A stretch of DNA of 64,000 nucleotides, taken from the NCBI GenBank assembly GCA_965658655.1, contig CBFHTA010000001.1, positions 232,722 through 296,721 on the forward strand. The letters are read 5' to 3'. The stretch is from Candidatus Babelota bacterium (GTDB lineage Bacteria; Babelota; Babeliae; Babelales; CAIQNR01). The translations under genes were made by a program, and so were the position numbers. Every line of letters begins with the position of its first letter. Position 1 is the stretch's first letter. The notes under the pieces are model-generated. The model did not search any database and was not told the origin of the DNA. It worked only from the letters and a program-made list of their open reading frames with translations. Shown here piece after piece: positions 20,323 to 29,275 of this stretch.

Positions 20323-21009
20323 AAATTCTTTTTGATTAATAGGATGTGTTTCTAATAAGAACTCTTGAATCTTGTTAAAATGTTCTTGTTGCGCATCCTG
20401 ATCTTTTTCAAATTCTGGGTTTCCATCTAAAATAAGTACCGGTACATCTTTTAAAGAGTCTAAAACATTCTCTTTGTTGAGTAAGTATCGTTCGTGTTGG
20501 TCATGCATTTGTTCGAAATATTTTAAAGGCACGGTTTCTTCACCTTTGCGGTTTCGTTGAACAGAGCGCTCAAAACAAGTTTCAGGGTTTGATTTAACAT
20601 AAATAAAGCCTTTAGGAGCAACACATTTTTTGGGAACCAAAAAGTCGAACCATTTATTATAGATATCCCATTCTGCGTCTGTCATAAATCCTTGTTCGTA
20701 GCCATTGCGAGCAAAACAATAATGCCCTGAATATAAAGACCGTTCCATTACTTTAAAAGGTCCAGGCATTTGTTGTACGCGTAAGTGTTCTTGTACACGG
20801 GCGATCATAGTGTAGGTTTCCATAGTGTATGCCCAGCGATTGCTATCACTGTAAAATCGAGCAAGTAAAGAATCTTCGTTATTGTGTTCTGTTGCCCATG
20901 CATCAACTGGTTCTTGAACTGCTTCTACATGAGGTAAGTTTTTTTGAATAAGTTTTAAAAGAGTCGATTTTCCAATACCGTTGTTGCCTTCAAGAATATA
21001 CATGGTCAC
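20308..21009 (-). CDS. Deoxynucleoside kinase
   Basis: EGNNGIGKST P-loop, EPVDAW, ERSLYS, RNRKGE lid. Confidence 0.92.
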   Translation of the reverse strand: MTMYILEGNNGIGKSTLLKLIQKNLPHVEAVQEPVDAWATEHNNEDSLLARFYSDSNRWAYTMETYTMIARVQEHLRVQQMPGPFKVMERSLYSGHYCFARNGYEQGFMTDAEWDIYNKWFDFLVPKKCVAPKGFIYVKSNPETCFERSVQRNRKGEETVPLKYFEQMHDQHERYLLNKENVLDSLKDVPVLILDGNPEFEKDQDAQQEHFNKIQEFLLETHPINQKEFLTNK

Positions 21010-21064
21010 CTCTATAAATAATCTAGAATAGAATTTAGATACTTAAAGTATAATAAAAAACTGG

Positions 21065-22246
21065 CTACACAACAATTCGTTTTAGTAATGGATTAATACG
21101 AGTAGTTATTTCATAATTAATAGTCTTGCAGTTTTCAGCAAGAGTTTCGGCAGAAATTTTTGAATCTGCTCCCAATAATGTTGCAGTATCTTTTACTTTT
21201 GCGTTCTTAATATGTGTAATATCTACCACGATCATATTCATAGCAACTCGACCAATCACTTGAGCAAATTGGTTGTGTATTTTTACTACTGCTTTATTAG
21301 AAAGAGCTCTGTCGTATCCATCCCAATAGCCTACAGAAAGAACAGCCGTAATAATTTCTTGTTCTGTGGTAAATGTTGCGTTGTATCCTATAACGCTATT
21401 GGCAGGAATTTTTTTAATCGCAATAATTTTAGTTTTCCATGTAAGGACTTGTTGTAAAGAGAAATTTTGATGAGTGTTTAGGGTTTTCTTTCTGTTTTCC
21501 AATGAAGGCCAAAGGCCGTACAATCCAATGCCAAAGCGAGCGAAATTATAGGCGGTGTTAAGCACAGAAAGCGCAGCAGAGCAGGAAAAATGCTTATAAG
21601 GTATAGCGGGGAATTGCTTAATTAATACGTTGAAATGTTGTTGTTGGAGCGGGCAATATTTGGATTCACTATCTTCTGCATCAATATAGTGAGAAAAAAG
21701 TGCAACAACGTTTAAGTTTGGTAGAGAAAGGCACTGTTTAATAAAAGCTTCTGCTTGAGTGTAATGTATACCCAGTCGAGACAAACCAGTATCAATTTTA
21801 ATATGTACACGAGCTCGAGTACTCTGTTTTTGGGCAAGCGTATTAAGGGTTTTTGCTGTATCAACATCATAAATAACAACATCAATATTGTTTTGAATGG
21901 CTTGTTTAAGTGGTATGTCTAAAATGCTTAAAACAAGAATGGGTTTGGTGATTTGTTGTGAACGTAAAAAAAGAGCTTCAGATAAACTGACTACGCAGAG
22001 ATAGTTTATTAAATTTGTTTTTTCCAACATCTGTGCAACTTCTAATAGGCCGTGTCCGTAGGCGTTGCCTTTAATTACGGGAGCAAGAAGAGTGTGTGGC
22101 GGAACTATTTGTTTGTATTGATTAATGTTGTGCAGAAGTGCTTGGGCAGAGATTTCTACCCAGGAATTTTGAGGGCAATAAAAAAGGGAAGCACGAAGCT
22201 TCCCTTGATCTTCTAAGTGGTTGTTTTTACTTGATGTTAACTGCAA
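21065..22246 (-). CDS. alr: Alanine racemase (start problematic, see findings)
   Basis: VIKGNAYGHG (PLP Lys), HIKIDTGLSRLG, IGY, GYWDGY, GRVAMN. Confidence 0.92.
   Translation of the reverse strand: MQLTSSKNNHLEDQGKLRASLFYCPQNSWVEISAQALLHNINQYKQIVPPHTLLAPVIKGNAYGHGLLEVAQMLEKTNLINYLCVVSLSEALFLRSQQITKPILVLSILDIPLKQAIQNNIDVVIYDVDTAKTLNTLAQKQSTRARVHIKIDTGLSRLGIHYTQAEAFIKQCLSLPNLNVVALFSHYIDAEDSESKYCPLQQQHFNVLIKQFPAIPYKHFSCSAALSVLNTAYNFARFGIGLYGLWPSLENRKKTLNTHQNFSLQQVLTWKTKIIAIKKIPANSVIGYNATFTTEQEIITAVLSVGYWDGYDRALSNKAVVKIHNQFAQVIGRVAMNMIVVDITHIKNAKVKDTATLLGADSKISAETLAENCKTINYEITTRINPLLKRIVV
22180..22206 (-). terminator. Intrinsic terminator after the Hsp20-like gene, inside the 5' alr ORF
   Basis: Minus strand GGGAAGC-TTCGT-GCTTCCC-TTTTTT. 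Confidence 0.8.
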
Positions 22247-22880
22247 CTTTGCGGACTTCCTTTTCAGGTGTTGGTTTCTTTGGAATTACAATTGTGAGAG
22301 TTTTGTCTGCTTTTGTAAAATCTGCAGAAAGTTTTTCTAGTTCTAGTTGGTCAAAGATGGTGCGTTGTATTACAGAGCTTTGAACCGCATTGCTTTCGGT
22401 TGAAGCGTCCTTGGTTACTTCTTCTCTATAGCCAATAATTTGAGCAACTAAAAGATTTCGATTAATGCTTCCAGAAATTTCAACACTGTTACCAGCATCT
22501 TTCATTTCGACTTTAAAAGTGTTATCTGTAACGGTGATGTTTGCATCTTTATTAGGTGTAATTTCACCAATTTGAGCGCTGATGAGTACTTTTTTTTCTT
22601 CATCCTTTACAAAGATGCTTGAGCGTTGGCTAGGAGATTCAAGAGCGTTTTTAACGCGTCCGGCACGGTGGCCAGCTTCTGTCCAGAGATCGTCAATTTC
22701 TTTCACAAACGATTCACCAAAGTTTGTGACTTCATTACCAACAGTTTTCATTTCTTCGCTAACTTTGTCCATCTCGTTGGCAATGCGGCGAAAAAGATCG
22801 CTTGGTTTGGCGGGTTGGGGCTCCTTGCCAATCGCTTGAGAAGCTAAAAGAAACAGAGAAAGTGAAAGTGTTTTTTTCAT
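22227..22880 (-). CDS. Signal-peptide Hsp20/alpha-crystallin-domain protein
   Basis: IFVKDEEKKVLISAQI..ANITVTDNTFKV and LELEKLSADFTKADKTLTIVIPKK. Confidence 0.75.
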   Translation of the reverse strand: MKKTLSLSLFLLASQAIGKEPQPAKPSDLFRRIANEMDKVSEEMKTVGNEVTNFGESFVKEIDDLWTEAGHRAGRVKNALESPSQRSSIFVKDEEKKVLISAQIGEITPNKDANITVTDNTFKVEMKDAGNSVEISGSINRNLLVAQIIGYREEVTKDASTESNAVQSSVIQRTIFDQLELEKLSADFTKADKTLTIVIPKKPTPEKEVRKVAVNIK

Positions 22881-22923
22881 AATGAATCCTCCTGAAAGAG
22901 TTAGTCATATGTTTCATCGAGGC

Positions 22924-22951
22924 AGTATACTCTTGTGTTCTTAAAATGCAA
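22924..22951 (-). promoter_or_regulatory. Putative sigma70 promoter
   Basis: TTGCAT-16 bp-TATACT upstream of the 22880 start. Confidence 0.5.
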
Positions 22952-22962
22952 CTGGGTGAATA

Positions 22963-23424
22963 TTACTGCTTTTCTTTGAACGGAATGGTGATTACTAGGC
23001 AATGATCATTACCTTCTTCAATTTCATATGTAGGTTGATATATAGATGGATCTTGTGGTAAAAAAGTGTGCATACCAACAGGTCCATTGATTCCTAAGGG
23101 ATGTTGCTCGCTAGGGAATGTGGAATAATTGGTAACTATTTTGTTCTGTGGTGCTAACCATTTGCAGCTAACAAAATATATAGTTCCAACTTCTAGTGCG
23201 AAGGCATTGAGATAATTACCGACTTCTTTAATTTGAGTGTCTTTTATACTCTCATAGCAATTTATTTTTATGACTGCCCCTTTATTTGTTACTTTGTGTG
23301 AGCAGACAACATGATTATTTCTAATATAGCATCCAGGAGTACCCGGTTTTGCGATATTAACGGTTGAATCTGCAGCTTCTAATAAAGGAAGAAGCAAAAG
23401 AATGACTAATATTTTTTTTATCAT
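22963..23424 (-). CDS. Secreted protein, possibly divergent alpha-crystallin-like
   Basis: Signal peptide; ends NDHCLVITIPFK. Confidence 0.65.
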   Translation of the reverse strand: MIKKILVILLLLPLLEAADSTVNIAKPGTPGCYIRNNHVVCSHKVTNKGAVIKINCYESIKDTQIKEVGNYLNAFALEVGTIYFVSCKWLAPQNKIVTNYSTFPSEQHPLGINGPVGMHTFLPQDPSIYQPTYEIEEGNDHCLVITIPFKEKQ

Positions 23425-23496
23425 GAGTTTTCTTATTAGAGTTAATTATACATTTTATTAAGTCAGCACATTTTTTAGGATTAAAATATAACATGG

Positions 23497-23970
23497 TCAC
23501 TTGAAGTATCTTGAAATATCCGTTTTTTGGGTTCCTGGTATAACAAGAATATATTTATTGTTAGAGAGAAGTTTATGGGAAGCTTTAACATCAAAAAAAT
23601 TGCCTTCTACGCGAGGGGGTATCTCTAGTATGTTTTCTTGATCTGCAGGATTTAGTTTTTGTTTAAAATCAATCCTGTTTTGAAAAAAATAATTTAATTG
23701 GGCGACAATGCTACCATCTGCATGAATATTATAAACATTTCCGTCAGTTTCTCCGTTTGGGCCCGATAAAAAAGGACCTTTTTTTGAAGTAACGATGACT
23801 TTGAGATAACTGAGTCTATCTGTGTAGCATTCAAGTTTATAGTCTTCTCCATTATAGGATCCATAGAAAGGGGTTTCTGGTCTAGGGCATGCACTATATG
23901 ACAAAGAAAAAATAAATAAAGAGAAGAGAAATGGTTTTTTCAAAAGAATACCTTTATGCGAATTATTCAA
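23497..23970 (-). CDS. Secreted protein, possibly divergent alpha-crystallin-like
   Basis: Signal peptide; ends NNKYILVIPG. Confidence 0.6.
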   Translation of the reverse strand: MNNSHKGILLKKPFLFSLFIFSLSYSACPRPETPFYGSYNGEDYKLECYTDRLSYLKVIVTSKKGPFLSGPNGETDGNVYNIHADGSIVAQLNYFFQNRIDFKQKLNPADQENILEIPPRVEGNFFDVKASHKLLSNNKYILVIPGTQKTDISRYFK

Positions 23971-24018
23971 AAATTTTGATCTATGATATACTAAAAAGTA
24001 CTAATTAGAAAGGATATC

Positions 24019-24756
24019 ATGGCAAAAACATTCAAGAAAAAGACAGTTTTAAGCGAGGTAGTATACGGAGTTCATCCGGTTGTTGAACTTTTAAGGCAGA
24101 AACGCCGAAAGGTTCTTGATCTATTTATGCTTAATCCTGAGCCTAAAGCTTGGATGGAAATTCGTGATATGCTGCCTAAGTATCCAATTCGAATCCATAA
24201 AATGCCTAAGGAAGCGCTTTCTCAGCGATTAGGAACGACAGATCATCAAGGGATTGGTGCATTTGTACAGCCGTTTCCTTTCAGGAAAAAGTTCTTTGAG
24301 CCTAAAAAACAGCCATTTTTACTTCTTTTAGACGGTGTTCAAGATGTTAGGAACTTTGGTGCAATTGTTCGTTCAGCTTATTGCACGGGCGTTGATGGCA
24401 TTATTGTTTGTAAAAGAAAAGGTGCTCCTTTAAGTGGTGCAAGCTTAAAAGCTTCTGCTGGGCTTGTTGAACGTATGGAGATTTACCAATCTTCATCAAT
24501 TAACAATGCGCTTCAAGAGCTTAAAGAAGCTGGATACAATTTATATGTTGCAGCTCTTTCTAAAAAAGCGAATGCTTTTACTCAAGACTATAAAAAACCA
24601 CTTTGTTTGGTAATTGGTTCAGAAGGAACTGGTGTTTCTCCTGCAACTCTCAAAGCAGGAACGATTATCACGCTGCCACAAAAAGCAAAAGATGTTTCTT
24701 ATAACGCTTCTGTAGCTGCTGGAATTTTACTTTCTGTTATTGGTCAACAGAGTTAA
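24019..24756 (+). CDS. rlmB: 23S rRNA Gm2251 methyltransferase, RlmB-like
   Basis: YGVHPV, HQGI, LDGVQDVRNFGAIVRSA, IGSEGTG, SYNASVA. Confidence 0.9.
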   Translation: MAKTFKKKTVLSEVVYGVHPVVELLRQKRRKVLDLFMLNPEPKAWMEIRDMLPKYPIRIHKMPKEALSQRLGTTDHQGIGAFVQPFPFRKKFFEPKKQPFLLLLDGVQDVRNFGAIVRSAYCTGVDGIIVCKRKGAPLSGASLKASAGLVERMEIYQSSSINNALQELKEAGYNLYVAALSKKANAFTQDYKKPLCLVIGSEGTGVSPATLKAGTIITLPQKAKDVSYNASVAAGILLSVIGQQS

Positions 24757-25109
24757 TACCATTTCTGTGGGAAGTAAGTTTTAAGTTCTGTTCTATTATG
24801 AAAAAAGGTTATTTTTGTTTTATAATAATCAGGATTAACGAGCAAAAAGTTGCCAGAGGTATTATTAATTAAGTGGTTAAAAAACACTTTACCATCTTGG
24901 CCTTCTACTTTTAATCCACCTCCTTCTGTACAAACATAATCTTTGCTTCTTTGTATTCGAATCTTTTCTTCTGAAGGTTCTTTCCCATAGAAAGTAAAGG
25001 TATTGGTATGGCTAGCTACAAAACCATTACGATCTAATTTGTTGAACGTTGATGAATGCCATAAAGATGAGCAAATTAGTGCTGCAATTGTAGCTCCTAA
25101 TACTTTCAT
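24753..25109 (-). CDS. Small secreted protein, possibly divergent alpha-crystallin-like
   Basis: Signal peptide; PSEEKIRIQRSKDYVCTEG and ELKTYFPQK. Confidence 0.6.
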   Translation of the reverse strand: MKVLGATIAALICSSLWHSSTFNKLDRNGFVASHTNTFTFYGKEPSEEKIRIQRSKDYVCTEGGGLKVEGQDGKVFFNHLINNTSGNFLLVNPDYYKTKITFFHNRTELKTYFPQKWY

Positions 25110-25122
25110 AAGAGCCTTTTAA

Positions 25123-25569
25123 TTAGTTAGATTTTATAAGTGGAATAGTCAAAAATAATGTATGTGCATCTACTACAAAAAACATAATCTTTTCTAAGTC
25201 TAGTTTGTGCATAGGTATATAAGGTGCTCCAAAGGCTTTAGAAGATATGTCTTTAGGGTATGGGGTATCTGTTTGCAATAAGGCCACAGTAAAACACTGA
25301 CGTGGGCCCGAAAAGCCATTGACTATAAACTGGGTATTATCGCGAGAGTTGGTGATTGCTATTTCAAAGTACTGATCTTTGAGATTAGTGTTAAGTTTAA
25401 TGTCTGAGCATCGAAGATCTGTATCATTAATAGTGAACATAAGCGCAATGGTTTGTCTTCCATCTCTATCATCATACCCCCATTTTGTTTTATCGTGCGC
25501 AAATAAGGTGCTTCCAAGAAAAAAAGGCAGAAAAAATGCTAGAAAAAGAGATCGGTAGTGTTTGAACAT
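25123..25569 (-). CDS. Secreted protein, possibly divergent alpha-crystallin-like
   Basis: Signal peptide; SDIKLN..YFEIAI and KLDLEKI..AHTLFLTIPL. Confidence 0.65.
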   Translation of the reverse strand: MFKHYRSLFLAFFLPFFLGSTLFAHDKTKWGYDDRDGRQTIALMFTINDTDLRCSDIKLNTNLKDQYFEIAITNSRDNTQFIVNGFSGPRQCFTVALLQTDTPYPKDISSKAFGAPYIPMHKLDLEKIMFFVVDAHTLFLTIPLIKSN

Positions 25570-25758
25570 CTGTATAATCCTTAGATTTTGTATCGTTAAA
25601 ATATCAAACTGCCTTGTAGATGGTAATACAGATTATCATAATCTGAGAATATTGGCAGACTTAAGGTTTTGCTTTTCTCCCCCTTAAATTATTGACTAAT
25701 GTGAATCAAAACCTGTAAAAATAAAGGATAGGGTTTATGTTAGAAATTAGGGGAAAGT

Positions 25759-26496
25759 GTGAAGAAGTTCAGGGGCGTTGTTCAACTTACAGTTCTTTTT
25801 TTTATCTGCTGGGGTGTGCGCGGTTCTATTAAAAAAAGATATGCCGCTCCTTTGCCTAAAAAAATTTCAGTACACTTAGACGCTCATTTTTCAAAAGAAT
25901 TCAAAAACAAGGTGCAAGCGTTTGCCCATGAACATCAAAAGGTCTCGCTTTCTGCCAATTTGTTAAGTGAGTTGATTAAAGAAACGTTTCCGGTTGTTGA
26001 ATCGGTAACCCTTAGAAATTATTTGTCTGATCACGTTAAAGTTGTTTTAAGGGGTGGGCATCCGGTTGCATTGGTTAATGAAGATCTAGTGTTGGCGAGT
26101 AATAATGCGTTGGTATACCGTAGTGTTTATCCGTCTGAAAAATATAAAAATTTGCCTTTTTTGCATGTTGCTCAGTCTTCAAAAGATAAAAAACAGCTTT
26201 ACCTTTCAGATGCCTGTAAAAAATTTATCAAAACGTTTGACCGTTCTTTGTTGCAAGAGTACGAAATGCAATGGATCAATGAAACGTTGATTCAATTGCG
26301 AGACCGTAAGCATCAAAAGCTTACTTTATTGATAGACGTACAAACCGAAGTAACAGATGAGGTTAAAGCAGCATATGGGCGTATACGAGATAAAAAATTG
26401 CACCAACAAGCTAAGCTTAAAAGGGGGCGTGGCTGGTTTGTTGATGCTCGGTTTAGGAATCAAATGATAGTCTTTCTAAGGGGGGAAAAGGTATGA
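25759..26496 (+). CDS. Divergent FtsQ/DivIB-like protein
   Basis: Bitopic; FPVVESVTL (POTRA-like), C-terminal VDARFRNQMIV; overlaps ftsA start. Confidence 0.7.
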   Translation: MKKFRGVVQLTVLFFICWGVRGSIKKRYAAPLPKKISVHLDAHFSKEFKNKVQAFAHEHQKVSLSANLLSELIKETFPVVESVTLRNYLSDHVKVVLRGGHPVALVNEDLVLASNNALVYRSVYPSEKYKNLPFLHVAQSSKDKKQLYLSDACKKFIKTFDRSLLQEYEMQWINETLIQLRDRKHQKLTLLIDVQTEVTDEVKAAYGRIRDKKLHQQAKLKRGRGWFVDARFRNQMIVFLRGEKV

Positions 26497-27728
26497 AAAA
26501 AGTTTTTGCTGACAAAATTGTGTCAGCTATAGACATTGGAACCACCAAGATTTGTGTATTAATCGGCCATAAGCTTGGCGATGGTCAGGTAGAAATACTG
26601 GGTGTAGGAAAAGTGCCATCAGAAGGTTTGAAAAAAGGTGTGGTTGTGGATATTGCCAAAACGGTGCGCTCGATTCGAGCTGCTGTGAAAGAGGCAGAAT
26701 TAATGGCAGACATGACGATTGAATCTGCAGTTGTAGGAATTGCTGGGGCACATATTACGTCTCGTAATGCATACGGTGCAGTGCCGATTGAAAAAGGTCA
26801 AGTGACCGATGAAGATATTTCGGCAGTTGTTGCTGCAGCTAAAGCAGTTCCACTTGCAGAAGGCCAACAAGTGCTTCATGTGCTTCCACAGTTTTTTAGC
26901 ATTGATGGTTCAGATAGAATTCAAGATCCACTAGGAATGCATGGAATTCGACTCGAGGCGCAAGTTCACATGGTAACTGGTGGCATTACTTCAGTTCAAA
27001 ATTTAGTGACCTGCTGTGAGCGTGCTGGTGTAAAAGTACAAGATGTAGTGCTTGAGCAACTTGCTTCTGCCCAAGCAGTTCTCAACCAAGATGAGCGTGA
27101 GTTGGGTGTGGGCGTTATTGATATTGGCGGTGGAACTTCTGATTTGGCTTTGTATCAAAATGGAAGCATTCGTCATACAATGGTGCTTCCCATAGCTGGG
27201 AACCATTTTACCAATGACCTTGCAATAGGATTGCGTGTTACAGTCAGTGATGCTGAACGCGTTAAGCGAGAATATGGACTTGCAAGCACCGATTTGTTAT
27301 TAGAAGACAAAGAGGTAGAAGTAGAGATGGTCCAAGGGGGAAGGAGACAAATGACAAACACAAACACAATTGCCGAAATTCTCGAACCGCGAGCACAAGA
27401 GCTTCTTTCTATTATTCATGAAGAAGTTATTGCTCGTAACATGCAAGGTTTGCTTGTCTCAGGATTAGTTATTACCGGCGGCGGATCTCTACTCGATGGC
27501 ATCAAAGAAGTTGCAGAGTCTCTTTTTGAGGTTCCTGTACGAATAGGAAAACCAAAAATTGTGCATGATGATCCAGAGATTTTAGGGAATCCGATTTATG
27601 CAACAGGCTACGGTCTTCTTCTTTATGCGACCAAAAAGAATCATGGCGGCGGGCTCTTTGATGATGATCAAAAAGGAGTTGCGCGTCTTTTAACACGAAT
27701 GAAATCATGGGTATCTGATTTCTTTTAG
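26493..27728 (+). CDS. ftsA: Cell division protein FtsA
   Basis: IDIGTTKI, GLKKGVVVD, DIGGGTSD, VITGGGS. Confidence 0.97.
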   Translation: MKKVFADKIVSAIDIGTTKICVLIGHKLGDGQVEILGVGKVPSEGLKKGVVVDIAKTVRSIRAAVKEAELMADMTIESAVVGIAGAHITSRNAYGAVPIEKGQVTDEDISAVVAAAKAVPLAEGQQVLHVLPQFFSIDGSDRIQDPLGMHGIRLEAQVHMVTGGITSVQNLVTCCERAGVKVQDVVLEQLASAQAVLNQDERELGVGVIDIGGGTSDLALYQNGSIRHTMVLPIAGNHFTNDLAIGLRVTVSDAERVKREYGLASTDLLLEDKEVEVEMVQGGRRQMTNTNTIAEILEPRAQELLSIIHEEVIARNMQGLLVSGLVITGGGSLLDGIKEVAESLFEVPVRIGKPKIVHDDPEILGNPIYATGYGLLLYATKKNHGGGLFDDDQKGVARLLTRMKSWVSDFF

Positions 27729-27751
27729 ATCTCAAAAAAAAGGAGAGCACA

Positions 27752-29071
27752 ATGATAGAGTTTGATCGGGAGGAAAGTCACGCAACACCCTTAGCATCGA
27801 TCAAGGTTGTAGGTGTTGGTGGAGCTGGAGGAAATACTATAAATTGTATGATTGAATCTGGATACAGTGGTGTTGAATTTTTAGCGGTTAACACCGATGC
27901 GCAAGCACTTAAAGATTCTCGTGCACATGTAAAACTGCAAATCGGTCAAAAGTCTACTAAGGGTTTAGGTGCCGGTGCTAATCCAGACGTTGGTCAACGT
28001 GCTGCAGAAGAAGATATCGATAAAGTTATGGAACATCTTCAAACAGCAGACATTGTGTTTGTAACTGGTGGCATGGGTGGTGGGACTGGTTCTGGTGCAC
28101 TTCATGTAATTGTTAAAGCGCTTAAAGAAAAAGGTATTTTAACTATTGCAATTATTACTAAACCATTTGGTTTTGAAGGTAGAAAACGCTCGCGTATTGC
28201 AGAAGAAGCGGTAGCAAAAGTTAAAGAGGGCGCAGATACACTGCTCATTATTCCAAACCAAAAATTACTCGATCTTGTTGACGACAAAGTTTCTATGATC
28301 GACGGTTTTAATATGATCAATGAAGTGCTTAACCAATCGGTTAAAGGTATTTCAGACATTATTACGCGTGCAGGTCACATTAATGTAGACTTTGCAGATG
28401 TGCGAGAAATTATGAAAGACCAAGGTCTTGCGGTAATGGGAACTGCTCGTGCAACTGGTGATCATCGTGCTAAGAAAGCGGCACTCGAGGCAATTTCTTC
28501 TCCATTATTAGAGAACATGAGCATTGCAGGAGCACGTGGTGTCCTTCTTAATATTACTGGTGGTTCGAACCTTGGATTGCATGAAATTAGCGAAGCAGCT
28601 TCAATTATTTATGATCAAGCAGATGAAAATGCAAATATTATTCTGGGTTCGGTTATAGATAAAGAAATAGGTGATGAAGTTTCTGTTACTGTTATAGCAA
28701 CAGGTTTTGACGAAAGTTGCGAAGTTGTAGACCGTTCAATTCCAACTGCAGTGCGTGATGAACATCCTGAAGTACGGCAAGCTACTGGTGGAGACGGAAA
28801 CAGTGGAGATGTTGAAGAGATTGTTGAAGACGAAAGCACTCCTCTTCCACCAATAGAACCAGAAGAAGATGAGCACTCAATGAAGCCTGCGCAAGATTCA
28901 GGTGAATTAAAACCAGAAGCGCCTCGCCCTCAAGAAGAACAACGTCAAGAACAAAGAGAAGCGCAATCTGTTGTAGAAGAACAATCAGGTTCGGTCAATG
29001 TTAATGATCTTGATGTTCCAACATTTATGCGCAAAAAGGGTCAGCATCAAAAATATAATAAGAACGACTAA
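27752..29071 (+). CDS. ftsZ: Cell division protein FtsZ
   Basis: GVGGAGGN, GGMGGGTGSG, INVDFAD, C-terminal LDVPTFMR. Confidence 0.98.
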   Translation: MIEFDREESHATPLASIKVVGVGGAGGNTINCMIESGYSGVEFLAVNTDAQALKDSRAHVKLQIGQKSTKGLGAGANPDVGQRAAEEDIDKVMEHLQTADIVFVTGGMGGGTGSGALHVIVKALKEKGILTIAIITKPFGFEGRKRSRIAEEAVAKVKEGADTLLIIPNQKLLDLVDDKVSMIDGFNMINEVLNQSVKGISDIITRAGHINVDFADVREIMKDQGLAVMGTARATGDHRAKKAALEAISSPLLENMSIAGARGVLLNITGGSNLGLHEISEAASIIYDQADENANIILGSVIDKEIGDEVSVTVIATGFDESCEVVDRSIPTAVRDEHPEVRQATGGDGNSGDVEEIVEDESTPLPPIEPEEDEHSMKPAQDSGELKPEAPRPQEEQRQEQREAQSVVEEQSGSVNVNDLDVPTFMRKKGQHQKYNKND

Positions 29072-29094
29072 GTTTTAAGTAAGACAACGAGCTG

Positions 29095-29123
29095 GGAGCA
29101 GGTGACCGCTGCTCCTTTTTTTT
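29095..29123 (+). terminator. Intrinsic terminator of ftsQAZ
   Basis: GGAGCAG-7 nt-CTGCTCC followed by T8. Confidence 0.9.
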
Positions 29124-29275
29124 GTTCATTTTTAGTTGTATTTATTTTCATAATAAGCTTAATTTAGTTTGCTTTTGAGTTAAAGAACTTACTGAATGCG
29201 TGTATTCTTGTTTTTTCAATTTCTGAAATGTTATCCTAAAGAGGTTATTTAAGAATATTATTTCAGGAGGTTAAG

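Noticed and set aside
22881..22962. CIRCE heat-shock operator before the Hsp20-like gene
   Set aside because: TTAGCACTC-N9-GAGTGCTAA is not present
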